Program-made: the position numbers and the translations under genes
Notes under the pieces: model-generated
Told to the model about the DNA's origin: nothing
The model's input: only the letters and a program-made list of their open reading frames with translations
The model's database searches: none
Part shown: in pieces, positions 56,951 to 64,000 of the stretch
Layout of the letters: each line of letters starts with the position of its first letter
Position numbering within the stretch: the first letter of the stretch is position 1
Source of the DNA: an uncultured Rhodospirillales bacterium
GTDB lineage: Bacteria > Pseudomonadota > Alphaproteobacteria > CAZRBL01
Reading direction: 5' to 3'
DNA length: 64,000 bases
NCBI GenBank assembly: GCA_964598335.1
Contig: CAZRBL010000009.1
Span: 4,981-68,980 of the forward strand

Positions 56951-57718
56951 TTAGGTCGGGTCCACACCTGCACCCCCGCCTCGCCTCGCCTGCACGCATC
57001 CGCTGCAAAGCGCGATCAAGCCGGCGATGATCAGCAGCGTTGTCGGAGGAACAGGAACCGCCGCCGCGATCTGACGGCCGCTGCTTTGCTGGCCGGCGGT
57101 CCCGCCGCCTGTGCTCCCAGAACCGCTGCCGGCGCCGAACAGGCCGCCGGTTGGGCCGTCCGCAACCCGGCCGCCGCCGGTATCCATCGTAACGCCGGTG
57201 ATCACGCCGCTGACCCGGCTGCCCCCCGGCCCGGTGGCGAACCAGTTGATAAAGTCGAACTCGCTTAATGCCTCAAGCGCATCGAGATAATCGGGCGACA
57301 GCAGCAGGGATCGATCAATGTCACTTGCGATCACGGTCAGGCGATATTGGGCAGTAGTATCAACAAAGTCACCGCGCACGGCGATGAAATCATTGGCAAA
57401 GCTCGCCGGGTCTTCATTATTGAAAATGTAGAAGAGGTTGTCGCCGCGCGGATCAAGCGTGGTTTCGACGGTGCCGAAGCTGAATTGTCCCGCGATCAGG
57501 GCGTCATTCAGCGATGTAATGCCGGGATTGTCGACGCTGTCCTGCCCGGGATCCGCGGCGAAGGTGATTTCCAGCGCAAACGCGCCATCCTCCTCGGTCC
57601 CCGGCCAGTTGATGGCGCTGGTGACAAGACCGTCAAAACTGATCGTCGCGGCCGCGGCGGGCAGCGCCGTCAAGGCCGCGATCACGAGTACCGCGATGAA
57701 TGGCATACGCATTTGCAC
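56951..57718 (-). CDS. Secreted protein with VPLPA-CTERM-like tail; 3' end extended through a family-1 repeat arm.
   Basis: Signal peptide MQMRMPFIAVLVIAALTALPAAAAT. C-terminus AAAVPVPPTTLLIIAGLIALCSGCVQARR followed by GGGAGVDPT, which is the translation of the repeat arm at 56956-56990. Confidence 0.55.
   Translation of the reverse strand: MQMRMPFIAVLVIAALTALPAAAATISFDGLVTSAINWPGTEEDGAFALEITFAADPGQDSVDNPGITSLNDALIAGQFSFGTVETTLDPRGDNLFYIFNNEDPASFANDFIAVRGDFVDTTAQYRLTVIASDIDRSLLLSPDYLDALEALSEFDFINWFATGPGGSRVSGVITGVTMDTGGGRVADGPTGGLFGAGSGSGSTGGGTAGQQSSGRQIAAAVPVPPTTLLIIAGLIALCSGCVQARRGGGAGVDPT
56956..56990. repeat. Family-1 repeat, solo/degenerate arm (GGTCGGGTCCACACCTGCACCCCCGCCTCGCCTCGCC).
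   Basis: Matches the left arm of the 12821 element with a few substitutions. No partner arm nearby. Overlaps the last codons of the 56951-57718 gene. Confidence 0.65.
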
Positions 57719-58008
57719 TCTCCAACAGAGGGGAGGGTGCCGATGTCGCGGTTAACAGTCTGTGAACAGAATCACTTAATGCCCTGTTGTGACGTTAAAA
57801 ATGCTGAATTTTCGTTAAGGTTTTCGGTTAACGGAGGCGCACCCGATCGCGCCCCTGGGAATGTCGTCTTTCAAGCGCAATGGCCGGGATGGGGGTCATA
57901 TTTCGGCGCAGGGGAAATGGGGGCTTCGGCCCTTTCGATATGCTCCGGCCATGTCGTTTCCGGCATCCAATAGGTTTATGCCTGCCGGATTTCCTGGCCC
58001 AACCCGGA

Positions 58009-61000
58009 TCAAACGCGGGCAAGCGTGAGCTTTATCGACTCACCGCCGAGTTTTTCGTCGGCGCTGAACTCTGCCCCGGATGCGTCGCCGAAGGAGAGGT
58101 CGGTGGTCAGGGTTTCCGCCTTGATCAGATCGAGATGCGCGGTCAGTTGCCCTATAACCGTATCGGGGGCTGTCAGGTTCAGGGAAATCCGGTCGGTGAC
58201 CGCGAAATCGGCGTCCTTGCGGGCGTTCTGGATCAGCCGGATCAGGTCGCGGGCAAGGCCCTCGGCTTCCAGTTCGGGCGTGGTGGTAATGTCGACAACG
58301 ACGGCCATGCCGGCGCGGAACAGCGGCTCAGCCTCAAGGCCGTCGGCGGTGTCCAGCCGCAGGCTGTATTCCTCGAGGCTTAGCGTTTCTTCGGCGACGC
58401 TGACAGTGCCGTCCGGGTTGCGCTGCCAGCCGCCCGTCTTGGCGGCGGCCATCACCTCTTTCATCTTCTTGCCCAGGCGCTTGCCGATCTTCGGGTTCAC
58501 CTTGAGCTGCAGGCTGCCCCATTTCTCGGCATCGGCGTCGAAGGCGATCTGTTTGATATTCACCTCATCGGCGATGATGTCGGCATAGGGCTCGAAGCGG
58601 CCCAGATCCTGGCCGATGATTACCGCCTTGGCGAGCGGCAGGCGGACGCGGCGCTGGTTCTTCTCGCGCACTGCCAGGATCGCAGAACAGATTTCCCGCA
58701 CGCTGTCCATCGCCTCGACCAGCGCCGGCTCGGCGGGCAGGGCGGCGGCATCGGGCCAGTCGGTCAGATGCACGCTGTCCTCGCCGGTCAGGGCGCGATA
58801 GATCCGCTCGCTGAGCATCGGCAGCAGTGGCGCGGCGACCCGGCACAGCATGGTGAGCGCGGTGTAGAGCGTATCGAAGGCTGCCTGCTTGTCGGCATCC
58901 TCACCGGCGCGCCAGAAGCGGGCGCGGTTGCGCCGGATATACCAGTTATTCATCGCGCCGACGAAAGCGGTGATCGCATCGCAGGCCTTGGCCAGCTCAT
59001 AGGCGTCAAGATGGGCCTGTGCGGTCTCGATCAGCTCGCGCGTCTTGGCCAGCAGATAGCGGTCGAGCAGGCCATCCGCTTTATCAATGATTTTAGCCCT
59101 GTAGCCGTCGATATTCGCGTAAAGCGTGAAGAAGTAATAGGCGTTCCAGATCGGCCGCAGCACCTCGCGCTGAACCTCGGCGATCTCGCTGCCATCCTGT
59201 TTGATGGCGAGATCGCCGCCGGCCAGCACCGGGCTGTCGACCAGATACCAGCGCATCGCATCGGCGCCCTGGCTGTCAAAGACATGCACGGGGTCGGGAT
59301 AGTTCTGCAGCCGCTTGGACAGCTTCTGCTTGTTCTCGTCCAGCACCACGCCGTGGCACATGCAATTGCGGAAGGGCGCCTTGTCGAACAGCAATACGCC
59401 CAGAACCATCAGCGTGTAGAACCAGCCGCGCGTCTGGGCGATATATTCGACGATGAAATCGCCGGGGAAGTGACTGTCGAACCAGTCCTTGTTCTCGAAC
59501 GGGTAATGCACTTGGGCAAAGGGCATGGAGCCGCTTTCGAACCAGCCATCGAGCACATCATCGATCCGCCGCATGGTGCTTTTGCCGGTCGGGTCGTCCG
59601 GGTTCGGGCGAGTCAGATTATCGATGAAAGGTCGGTGCAGATCGTCGGGGCGAACGCCGAAATCGCGCTCGATCTCATCCAGGCTGCCATAGACATCCAC
59701 GCGCGGATAATCGGGATCGTCGCTTTTCCAGATCGGCAGCGGCGTGCCCCAGAACCGTTTGCGGCTGATATTCCAGTCGCGGGCATTGGCCAGCCAATTG
59801 CCGAAAATGCCGTCCTTCACATGGCCGGGGATCCAATTGATCTCCTGGTTCAGCGCGACCATGCGTTCGCGGAATTCGGACACCTTCAGATACCAGGAAT
59901 TGACCGCCTTGTAGATCAGCGGCTGATCGGTGCGCCAGCAATGCGGATAATTGTGCAGATAGGTCTCATGCCGGATCAGCAGGCCGCGATCGCGCAATGA
60001 ACGGGTGATCGGCTTGTTGGCATCGAACACCAACTCGCCCGCATAATCACTGACCTCGTCGGTGAAACGGCCCTTTTCATCGACCGGCACCACCATCGGG
60101 ATGCCGGCGTCGCGGCAGGTCGTCAGATCGTCCTCGCCGAAACCCGGCGCCAGATGCACCAGCCCGGTGCCTTCGCCCAGCTCGACAAAATCGGCGGTCA
60201 GCACCTGAAAGGCGTTCTCGGCGCCGGCGAAATAGTCGAAGGGCGGCTGATAATGCAGCCCCTTCAAATCTCGCCCCTTGACGACCGCGATGGTCTCGGC
60301 CTCGGCGAATTCCTTCTCATAGCGGGGCAGGTTGCCCTCGGCGATGACATAGCGCGCGTCCCCGATATCGATGACGGAATAATCGATCTCGGGCCCGACG
60401 CCGACCGCCAGGTTCGACGGCAGGGTCCAGGGCGTCGTCGTCCAGATGAGGAGGGCGGCGCCCTCAAGCGGTCCCTTTGCATCAATCAGCGGGAAGGCGA
60501 CGGTGACAGCGGGGTCCTGGCGCTCGCGATAGGCGTTATCCAGCCGGGTCTCGAAATTCGACAGCGGCGATTCAACAGCCCAGCTATAGGGCACCACGCG
60601 GTAATCCTCATAGATCAGCCCGCGATCCCACAGGGTTTTGAACGCCCACAGCACGCTTTCCATGAACGTGATGTCCATGGTCTTGTAATCATTCTCGAAA
60701 TCGACCCAGCGCGCGGCGCGATTGACGTAGAATTCCCACTCATCGGTGTATTTCATCACCAGATCGCGGGCCGCAGCGTTGAATTTGTCGATGCCGTAAT
60801 CGGTGATCGCCTTGCGGCCCGAGACGCCCAGCTCCTTTTCAGCCGCCATCTCGGCCGGCAGGCCATGGCAATCCCAGCCGAAGCGGCGATGCACCTGATG
60901 CCCGCGCATGGTCTGATAGCGCGGCACGATATCCTTTACATAGCCGGTGACGAGGTGCCCGTAATGCGGCAGCCCGTTGGCAAAGGGCGGGCCGTCATAA

Positions 61001-61167
61001 AAGACGAATTCGGCAGCGCCGGCGCGCTGGTCGACCGATTTTTCAAAGATCCCGTGTTCGGCCCAATAGGCCTGAACCGCCTCCTCGATCCGCGGGAAAT
61101 CCGGATCGTTTTCAGCCTGGGGGTAGGGCGCCGCGGCGACGTTTTTGGGCGGGGTGCTATCGGGCAT
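58009..61167 (-). CDS. ileS: Isoleucine--tRNA ligase (type 2, eukaryote-like).
   Basis: 1052 aa. HIGH-type motif PPFANGLPHYGH. KMSKS variant KLSKRL. Type-2 N-terminal pattern FVFYDGPPFANG. Confidence 0.85.
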   Translation of the reverse strand: MPDSTPPKNVAAAPYPQAENDPDFPRIEEAVQAYWAEHGIFEKSVDQRAGAAEFVFYDGPPFANGLPHYGHLVTGYVKDIVPRYQTMRGHQVHRRFGWDCHGLPAEMAAEKELGVSGRKAITDYGIDKFNAAARDLVMKYTDEWEFYVNRAARWVDFENDYKTMDITFMESVLWAFKTLWDRGLIYEDYRVVPYSWAVESPLSNFETRLDNAYRERQDPAVTVAFPLIDAKGPLEGAALLIWTTTPWTLPSNLAVGVGPEIDYSVIDIGDARYVIAEGNLPRYEKEFAEAETIAVVKGRDLKGLHYQPPFDYFAGAENAFQVLTADFVELGEGTGLVHLAPGFGEDDLTTCRDAGIPMVVPVDEKGRFTDEVSDYAGELVFDANKPITRSLRDRGLLIRHETYLHNYPHCWRTDQPLIYKAVNSWYLKVSEFRERMVALNQEINWIPGHVKDGIFGNWLANARDWNISRKRFWGTPLPIWKSDDPDYPRVDVYGSLDEIERDFGVRPDDLHRPFIDNLTRPNPDDPTGKSTMRRIDDVLDGWFESGSMPFAQVHYPFENKDWFDSHFPGDFIVEYIAQTRGWFYTLMVLGVLLFDKAPFRNCMCHGVVLDENKQKLSKRLQNYPDPVHVFDSQGADAMRWYLVDSPVLAGGDLAIKQDGSEIAEVQREVLRPIWNAYYFFTLYANIDGYRAKIIDKADGLLDRYLLAKTRELIETAQAHLDAYELAKACDAITAFVGAMNNWYIRRNRARFWRAGEDADKQAAFDTLYTALTMLCRVAAPLLPMLSERIYRALTGEDSVHLTDWPDAAALPAEPALVEAMDSVREICSAILAVREKNQRRVRLPLAKAVIIGQDLGRFEPYADIIADEVNIKQIAFDADAEKWGSLQLKVNPKIGKRLGKKMKEVMAAAKTGGWQRNPDGTVSVAEETLSLEEYSLRLDTADGLEAEPLFRAGMAVVVDITTTPELEAEGLARDLIRLIQNARKDADFAVTDRISLNLTAPDTVIGQLTAHLDLIKAETLTTDLSFGDASGAEFSADEKLGGESIKLTLARV

Positions 61168-61257
61168 GGGAGGGAGATAAGACGGGGGTAAGGCTTACAC
61201 AATGAAGGTTTTTTTGACGTGAGGCCGGGGTCAGGGGCGGACCGGCCCCGAGCGCGG

Positions 61258-62307
61258 CTAGGCAAACAGGCGCGCTTCCTGCTGGTCGATATAGCTGCCG
61301 AGGAGTTGAAGTTTTTCCTGACGGATAGCGGCGCGGATCGGGTCGCCGGGATTGCCCGCTTCGGTGACGCAGAAACGGATGAAGGGCGCAAACGACCGCA
61401 GGGTCTGATGCAGCACCGCGACGAGCCCGTCGGCCAGCAGCGGCGCGGCGCGGTCACCGATGGCGCCATGGGCGAGCTGCATCAGCGAGGTCAGCGATTC
61501 CTCAATCGAGCCGCCATGCATGGTGGTGATCACAAGATGCCCGGAATTGGCGGCGCGCAGCACCTGATTGGCCGCGTCGGGGGAGCGGATTTCGCCGACC
61601 ATCAGATAGCGCGGATGCCAGCGCAAGGCGGTGCGCAGGCCCAGCGCCCAATCCTCGTCATGCTGAGCTTCGATCTGGAAGCAATAGCCGCCATCGCCAT
61701 GCTCGCCCGCCAGCTCATATTCGGCCGGGTCCTCAATCGTGTAGGCGAGATCGCCCTGGCGCCGCAGATAATCGGCCAGCAGCCCGATCGCCGTCGTCGT
61801 CTTGCCGTGACCGGTGGCGCCGGAAATCAGGATCAAGCCGCTGCGCCGCCCCAGCTGGCGCAAGAGCGGCAACAGCTTGGGATCGAAATTCAGCTCCTCG
61901 AGGCTCGGCACATGATTGGCGACCCGGCGCAAGGCCACCCAGTGTTCGCCATTGGCCATCACCTGGCGCGAGGCGCGCAGCCGCACGCCGTCATGCTCGA
62001 TGCTGAAATCATCCTTGCGGATATCGATCAGCTTTTGCCGCAGCGCTTCGATATTCGCGCTCAGCGCCTCGGGCACCGGCTGATTGGCGGGGATGCCGCG
62101 ACCGGTCTTGACCGGCCGAAAGCGGGATTCATCGGGCTTATCGATCCGGACATAAAGGTCCATGAAGGACAGGCCGGCCAGCTTGCCGGGTTCCGAGCCC
62201 TCCAGCCGCGCCGGCGCCTCAAAGCCCTCATCGCCGTTCTCGGGCGACGCGTCCTGAGGGGCCGCCTTCACGGTGACGCCGTCAAAGGGATCGAGTTCAC
62301 CGATCAT
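61258..62307 (-). CDS. PilT/VirB11/GspE-family secretion-type ATPase (orphan).
   Basis: Walker A GATGHGKTTT. Asp box YTIEDPAEYEL. Walker B RYLMVGEIR. His box HLVITTMHGGS. A ~120-aa N-terminal region has no recognisable similarity. Confidence 0.6.
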   Translation of the reverse strand: MIGELDPFDGVTVKAAPQDASPENGDEGFEAPARLEGSEPGKLAGLSFMDLYVRIDKPDESRFRPVKTGRGIPANQPVPEALSANIEALRQKLIDIRKDDFSIEHDGVRLRASRQVMANGEHWVALRRVANHVPSLEELNFDPKLLPLLRQLGRRSGLILISGATGHGKTTTAIGLLADYLRRQGDLAYTIEDPAEYELAGEHGDGGYCFQIEAQHDEDWALGLRTALRWHPRYLMVGEIRSPDAANQVLRAANSGHLVITTMHGGSIEESLTSLMQLAHGAIGDRAAPLLADGLVAVLHQTLRSFAPFIRFCVTEAGNPGDPIRAAIRQEKLQLLGSYIDQQEARLFA

Positions 62308-62319
62308 TCCGAGCCGCGA

Positions 62320-62661
62320 TCAACTGCGATCCTGTTCCATCACCTCGCGCGTCGCGCGCTCGAGAAACTCGTCGATCGTCCGGCGCAGCTTGTGCTCACT
62401 GATCTCGACATTGCCCGCTTCGAGATCGGCAGCTACCTTGCGCAGGATGTCCTCGCTCCCCGGCTCCTCGAGATCGGCATCGACAACGCTGCGGGCGTAG
62501 GTTTCCGCCTCATCGGCCGGCATGTCCAGCTGCTCGGCCACCCACAGCCCGAACAGCTTGGCGCGGCGCGCCTCGATCCTGAACTTGATTTCCTGGTCGT
62601 GCTTGAACTGGTTCTCAAATGCCTGTTCGCGTTCGCTGAGCGCCATTGCGTCGGTCTCCAT
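62320..62661 (-). CDS. DUF1476 protein: F1Fo-ATP synthase inhibitor zeta subunit homologue.
   Basis: SEREQAFENQFKHDQEIKFRIEARRAKLFGLWVAEQL...EPGSEDILRKVAADLEAG aligns convincingly with the Paracoccus denitrificans zeta subunit (DRERAHEAKFAHDAELNFRAEARRNRLLGEWAA...EPGDEDVFRKLAADLEG). Start may be Met 62661 or 62646. Confidence 0.75.
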   Translation of the reverse strand: METDAMALSEREQAFENQFKHDQEIKFRIEARRAKLFGLWVAEQLDMPADEAETYARSVVDADLEEPGSEDILRKVAADLEAGNVEISEHKLRRTIDEFLERATREVMEQDRS

Positions 62662-62865
62662 GCCGGATGAAATGCGTTGCGGCTGTCATATCGGCGCGGC
62701 GGCAAGGGATCAATGCATGGCAAGGCGTGGGCGCCATACATTGTCCTGACCACGCTGTCGGGCTATGATCAGGTAACCGCGGTGGCCGAGTCCGCCGCGT
62801 CTTTGTTTTCACGCTATCGGTGCCCGGGCCGTGCCCCGGGCACAGCCGTTCAGGAATCCCCCGCG

Positions 62866-63651
62866 ATGACGCGCAGGCGACGCATTTATGAGGGCAAGGC
62901 CAAGATCCTCTATGAGGGTCCGGAGCCCGGCACCATCGTCCAGTATTTCAAGGACGATACCACCGCCTTCAACAAGCAGAAGGAAGCGGTGCTGTCCGGC
63001 AAGGGCGTGCTGAACAACCGCATTTCCGCCTATCTGTTCGAGCGGCTGAACGGCATGGCGGTGCCGACGCACTTCATCCGGCGCCTGAACATGCGCGAAC
63101 AGCTGGTGCGTCAGGTCGAGATCATCCCGATCGAGGTCGTGGTGCGCAATGTCGCCGCCGGCTCGCTGTCGAAACGGCTGGGCATTCCCGAAGGCGAGAC
63201 GCTGCCGCGTGCCATCGTCGAATATTATTACAAGGATGACGCGCTCGGCGATCCGATGGTCAGCGAAGAGCACATCACCGCCTTCGGCTGGGCTATCCTG
63301 CCGGAAATCGACGAGATGGTGTCGCTGTCGTTGCGGGTGAACGACTATCTGTCCGGCCTGTTTCAGGGCATCGGCCTGCGCCTGATCGACTTCAAGCTCG
63401 AATTCGGCCGCGCCTGGGAGAATGAGGAGATGCGCCTTGTCCTCGCCGATGAAATCAGCCCCGATAGCTGCCGGCTGTGGGATCTGAACACCAATGAAAA
63501 GCTCGACAAGGACCGCTTCCGCCTCGATCTCGGCGGTGTCGTCGACGCCTATCAGGAAGTCGCCCGCCGCCTCGGCATTCTCAACGAGGACAATAGCGAC
63601 GTCGTCACCCCCCTCCGCCCGCCCGCCGATGGCCGCGAGCGGCGGCGCTGA
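62866..63651 (+). CDS. purC: Phosphoribosylaminoimidazole-succinocarboxamide synthase (SAICAR synthetase).
   Basis: Start trimmed to [18 protein letters not shown] (atg at 62866). Motifs [13 protein letters not shown] and LIDFKLEFG. Confidence 0.9.
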   Translation: MTRRRRIYEGKAKILYEGPEPGTIVQYFKDDTTAFNKQKEAVLSGKGVLNNRISAYLFERLNGMAVPTHFIRRLNMREQLVRQVEIIPIEVVVRNVAAGSLSKRLGIPEGETLPRAIVEYYYKDDALGDPMVSEEHITAFGWAILPEIDEMVSLSLRVNDYLSGLFQGIGLRLIDFKLEFGRAWENEEMRLVLADEISPDSCRLWDLNTNEKLDKDRFRLDLGGVVDAYQEVARRLGILNEDNSDVVTPLRPPADGRERRR

Positions 63652-63821
63652 AGGGCATGCGACCCTGGGCGTTCCCTTTACCGCGTCACCCCGGACGCGC
63701 CCCGCGCGATCCGGGGTCAATGGCGTCAATTGCGGGCACTGCATGGATCCCCCCGGCTCGCGGGCCGGGGCAGGCTCATCAAGCCCGGGATGTCGCGGAA
63801 GGAGAGAACAATCCTAAAACC

Positions 63822-63923
63822 CCGTCATTGCGAGCCTGCGCCAGCAGGCGCGGCAATCCAGGAATGTCGCGGTTTGGTGGTATCTCTGGATTGCCGCGTC
63901 GCCTGCGGCTCCTCGCAATGACG
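63822..63923. repeat. Family-2 imperfect palindromic repeat element between purC and purS.
   Basis: Outer arms CCGTCATTGCGAG / CTCGCAATGACGG (13 bp perfect). Inner arms GCGGCAATCCAG / CTGGATTGCCGC. Same family as 3210-3312. Confidence 0.8.
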
Positions 63924-63940
63924 GTTTTGGAGAACCATCC

Positions 63941-64000
63941 ATGAAAGTCCGCGTCACCATCATGCCCAAATCCGCCGTCCTCGACCCCCAAGGCCAGGCG
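63941..64000 (+). CDS. purS: Phosphoribosylformylglycinamidine synthase subunit PurS (3' end beyond window).
   Basis: MKVRVTIMPKSAVLDPQGQA matches the PurS N-terminal consensus. GGAGAA RBS 8 nt upstream. Confidence 0.7.
   Translation, partial: MKVRVTIMPKSAVLDPQGQA

Noticed and set aside
60154-63744. Long plus/minus shadow ORFs over ileS (60154-61191), the ATPase gene (61219-62670) and purC (62809-63744).
   Set aside because: All are antisense to genes with clear homology, and their translations are low-complexity.

Overview
This window is a high-GC (~65%) alphaproteobacterial chromosomal segment, densely coding on both strands, with no transposases, integrases, CRISPR arrays or rRNA/tRNA genes that I could recognise. 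Most of it is housekeeping, though the two repeat families and the 24-bp tandem repeat described below are real non-coding structure.

Recognised genes include actP (5' truncated), a DcaP-like porin, dcp, fabI, ggt, bpt, an orphan motB, a penicillin-acylase-family protein, hemB, rpiB, the glyA-nrdR-ribH-nusB-thiL block, hppA, rpmB, a yhhQ-like queuosine-precursor transporter with tgt, upp, an Irr-like Fur regulator, ileS (type 2), the F1-ATPase zeta inhibitor (DUF1476), purC and the start of purS.

The more unusual content is:
1. A complete polyhydroxyalkanoate locus (phaR, then divergently a small coiled-coil ORF, a class-III-like lipase-box-Cys PhaC, phaA and phaB). Third-position GC suggests the small ORF is real and that phaC starts later than its longest ORF implies.
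2. A 589-aa protein with an N-terminal cyclophilin PPIase domain fused to a long C-terminal module of internal ~75-aa repeats, a Pro-rich linker and a 24-bp tandem DNA repeat, with no signal peptide.
3. Three clustered secreted proteins with VPLPA/PEP-CTERM-like sorting tails and no exosortase in the window.
4. Two families of intergenic palindromic repeat elements: family 1 has 34-bp perfect arms (two full copies in opposite loop orientation plus a solo arm that rewrites a gene's 3' end); family 2 is a ~100-bp imperfect palindrome with two copies, one sitting between purC and purS.
5. A conspicuous AT-rich island upstream of a PAS-GGDEF(degenerate)-EAL gene.
6. An orphan PilT/VirB11-family ATPase beside the zeta inhibitor gene.
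7. An HpnN/HpnM-like RND-MlaC pair with no hopanoid biosynthesis genes nearby.

I could not identify a self-evident novel multi-gene system. The candidates worth follow-up are listed as findings. All calls are from reading the translations; no database search was possible.
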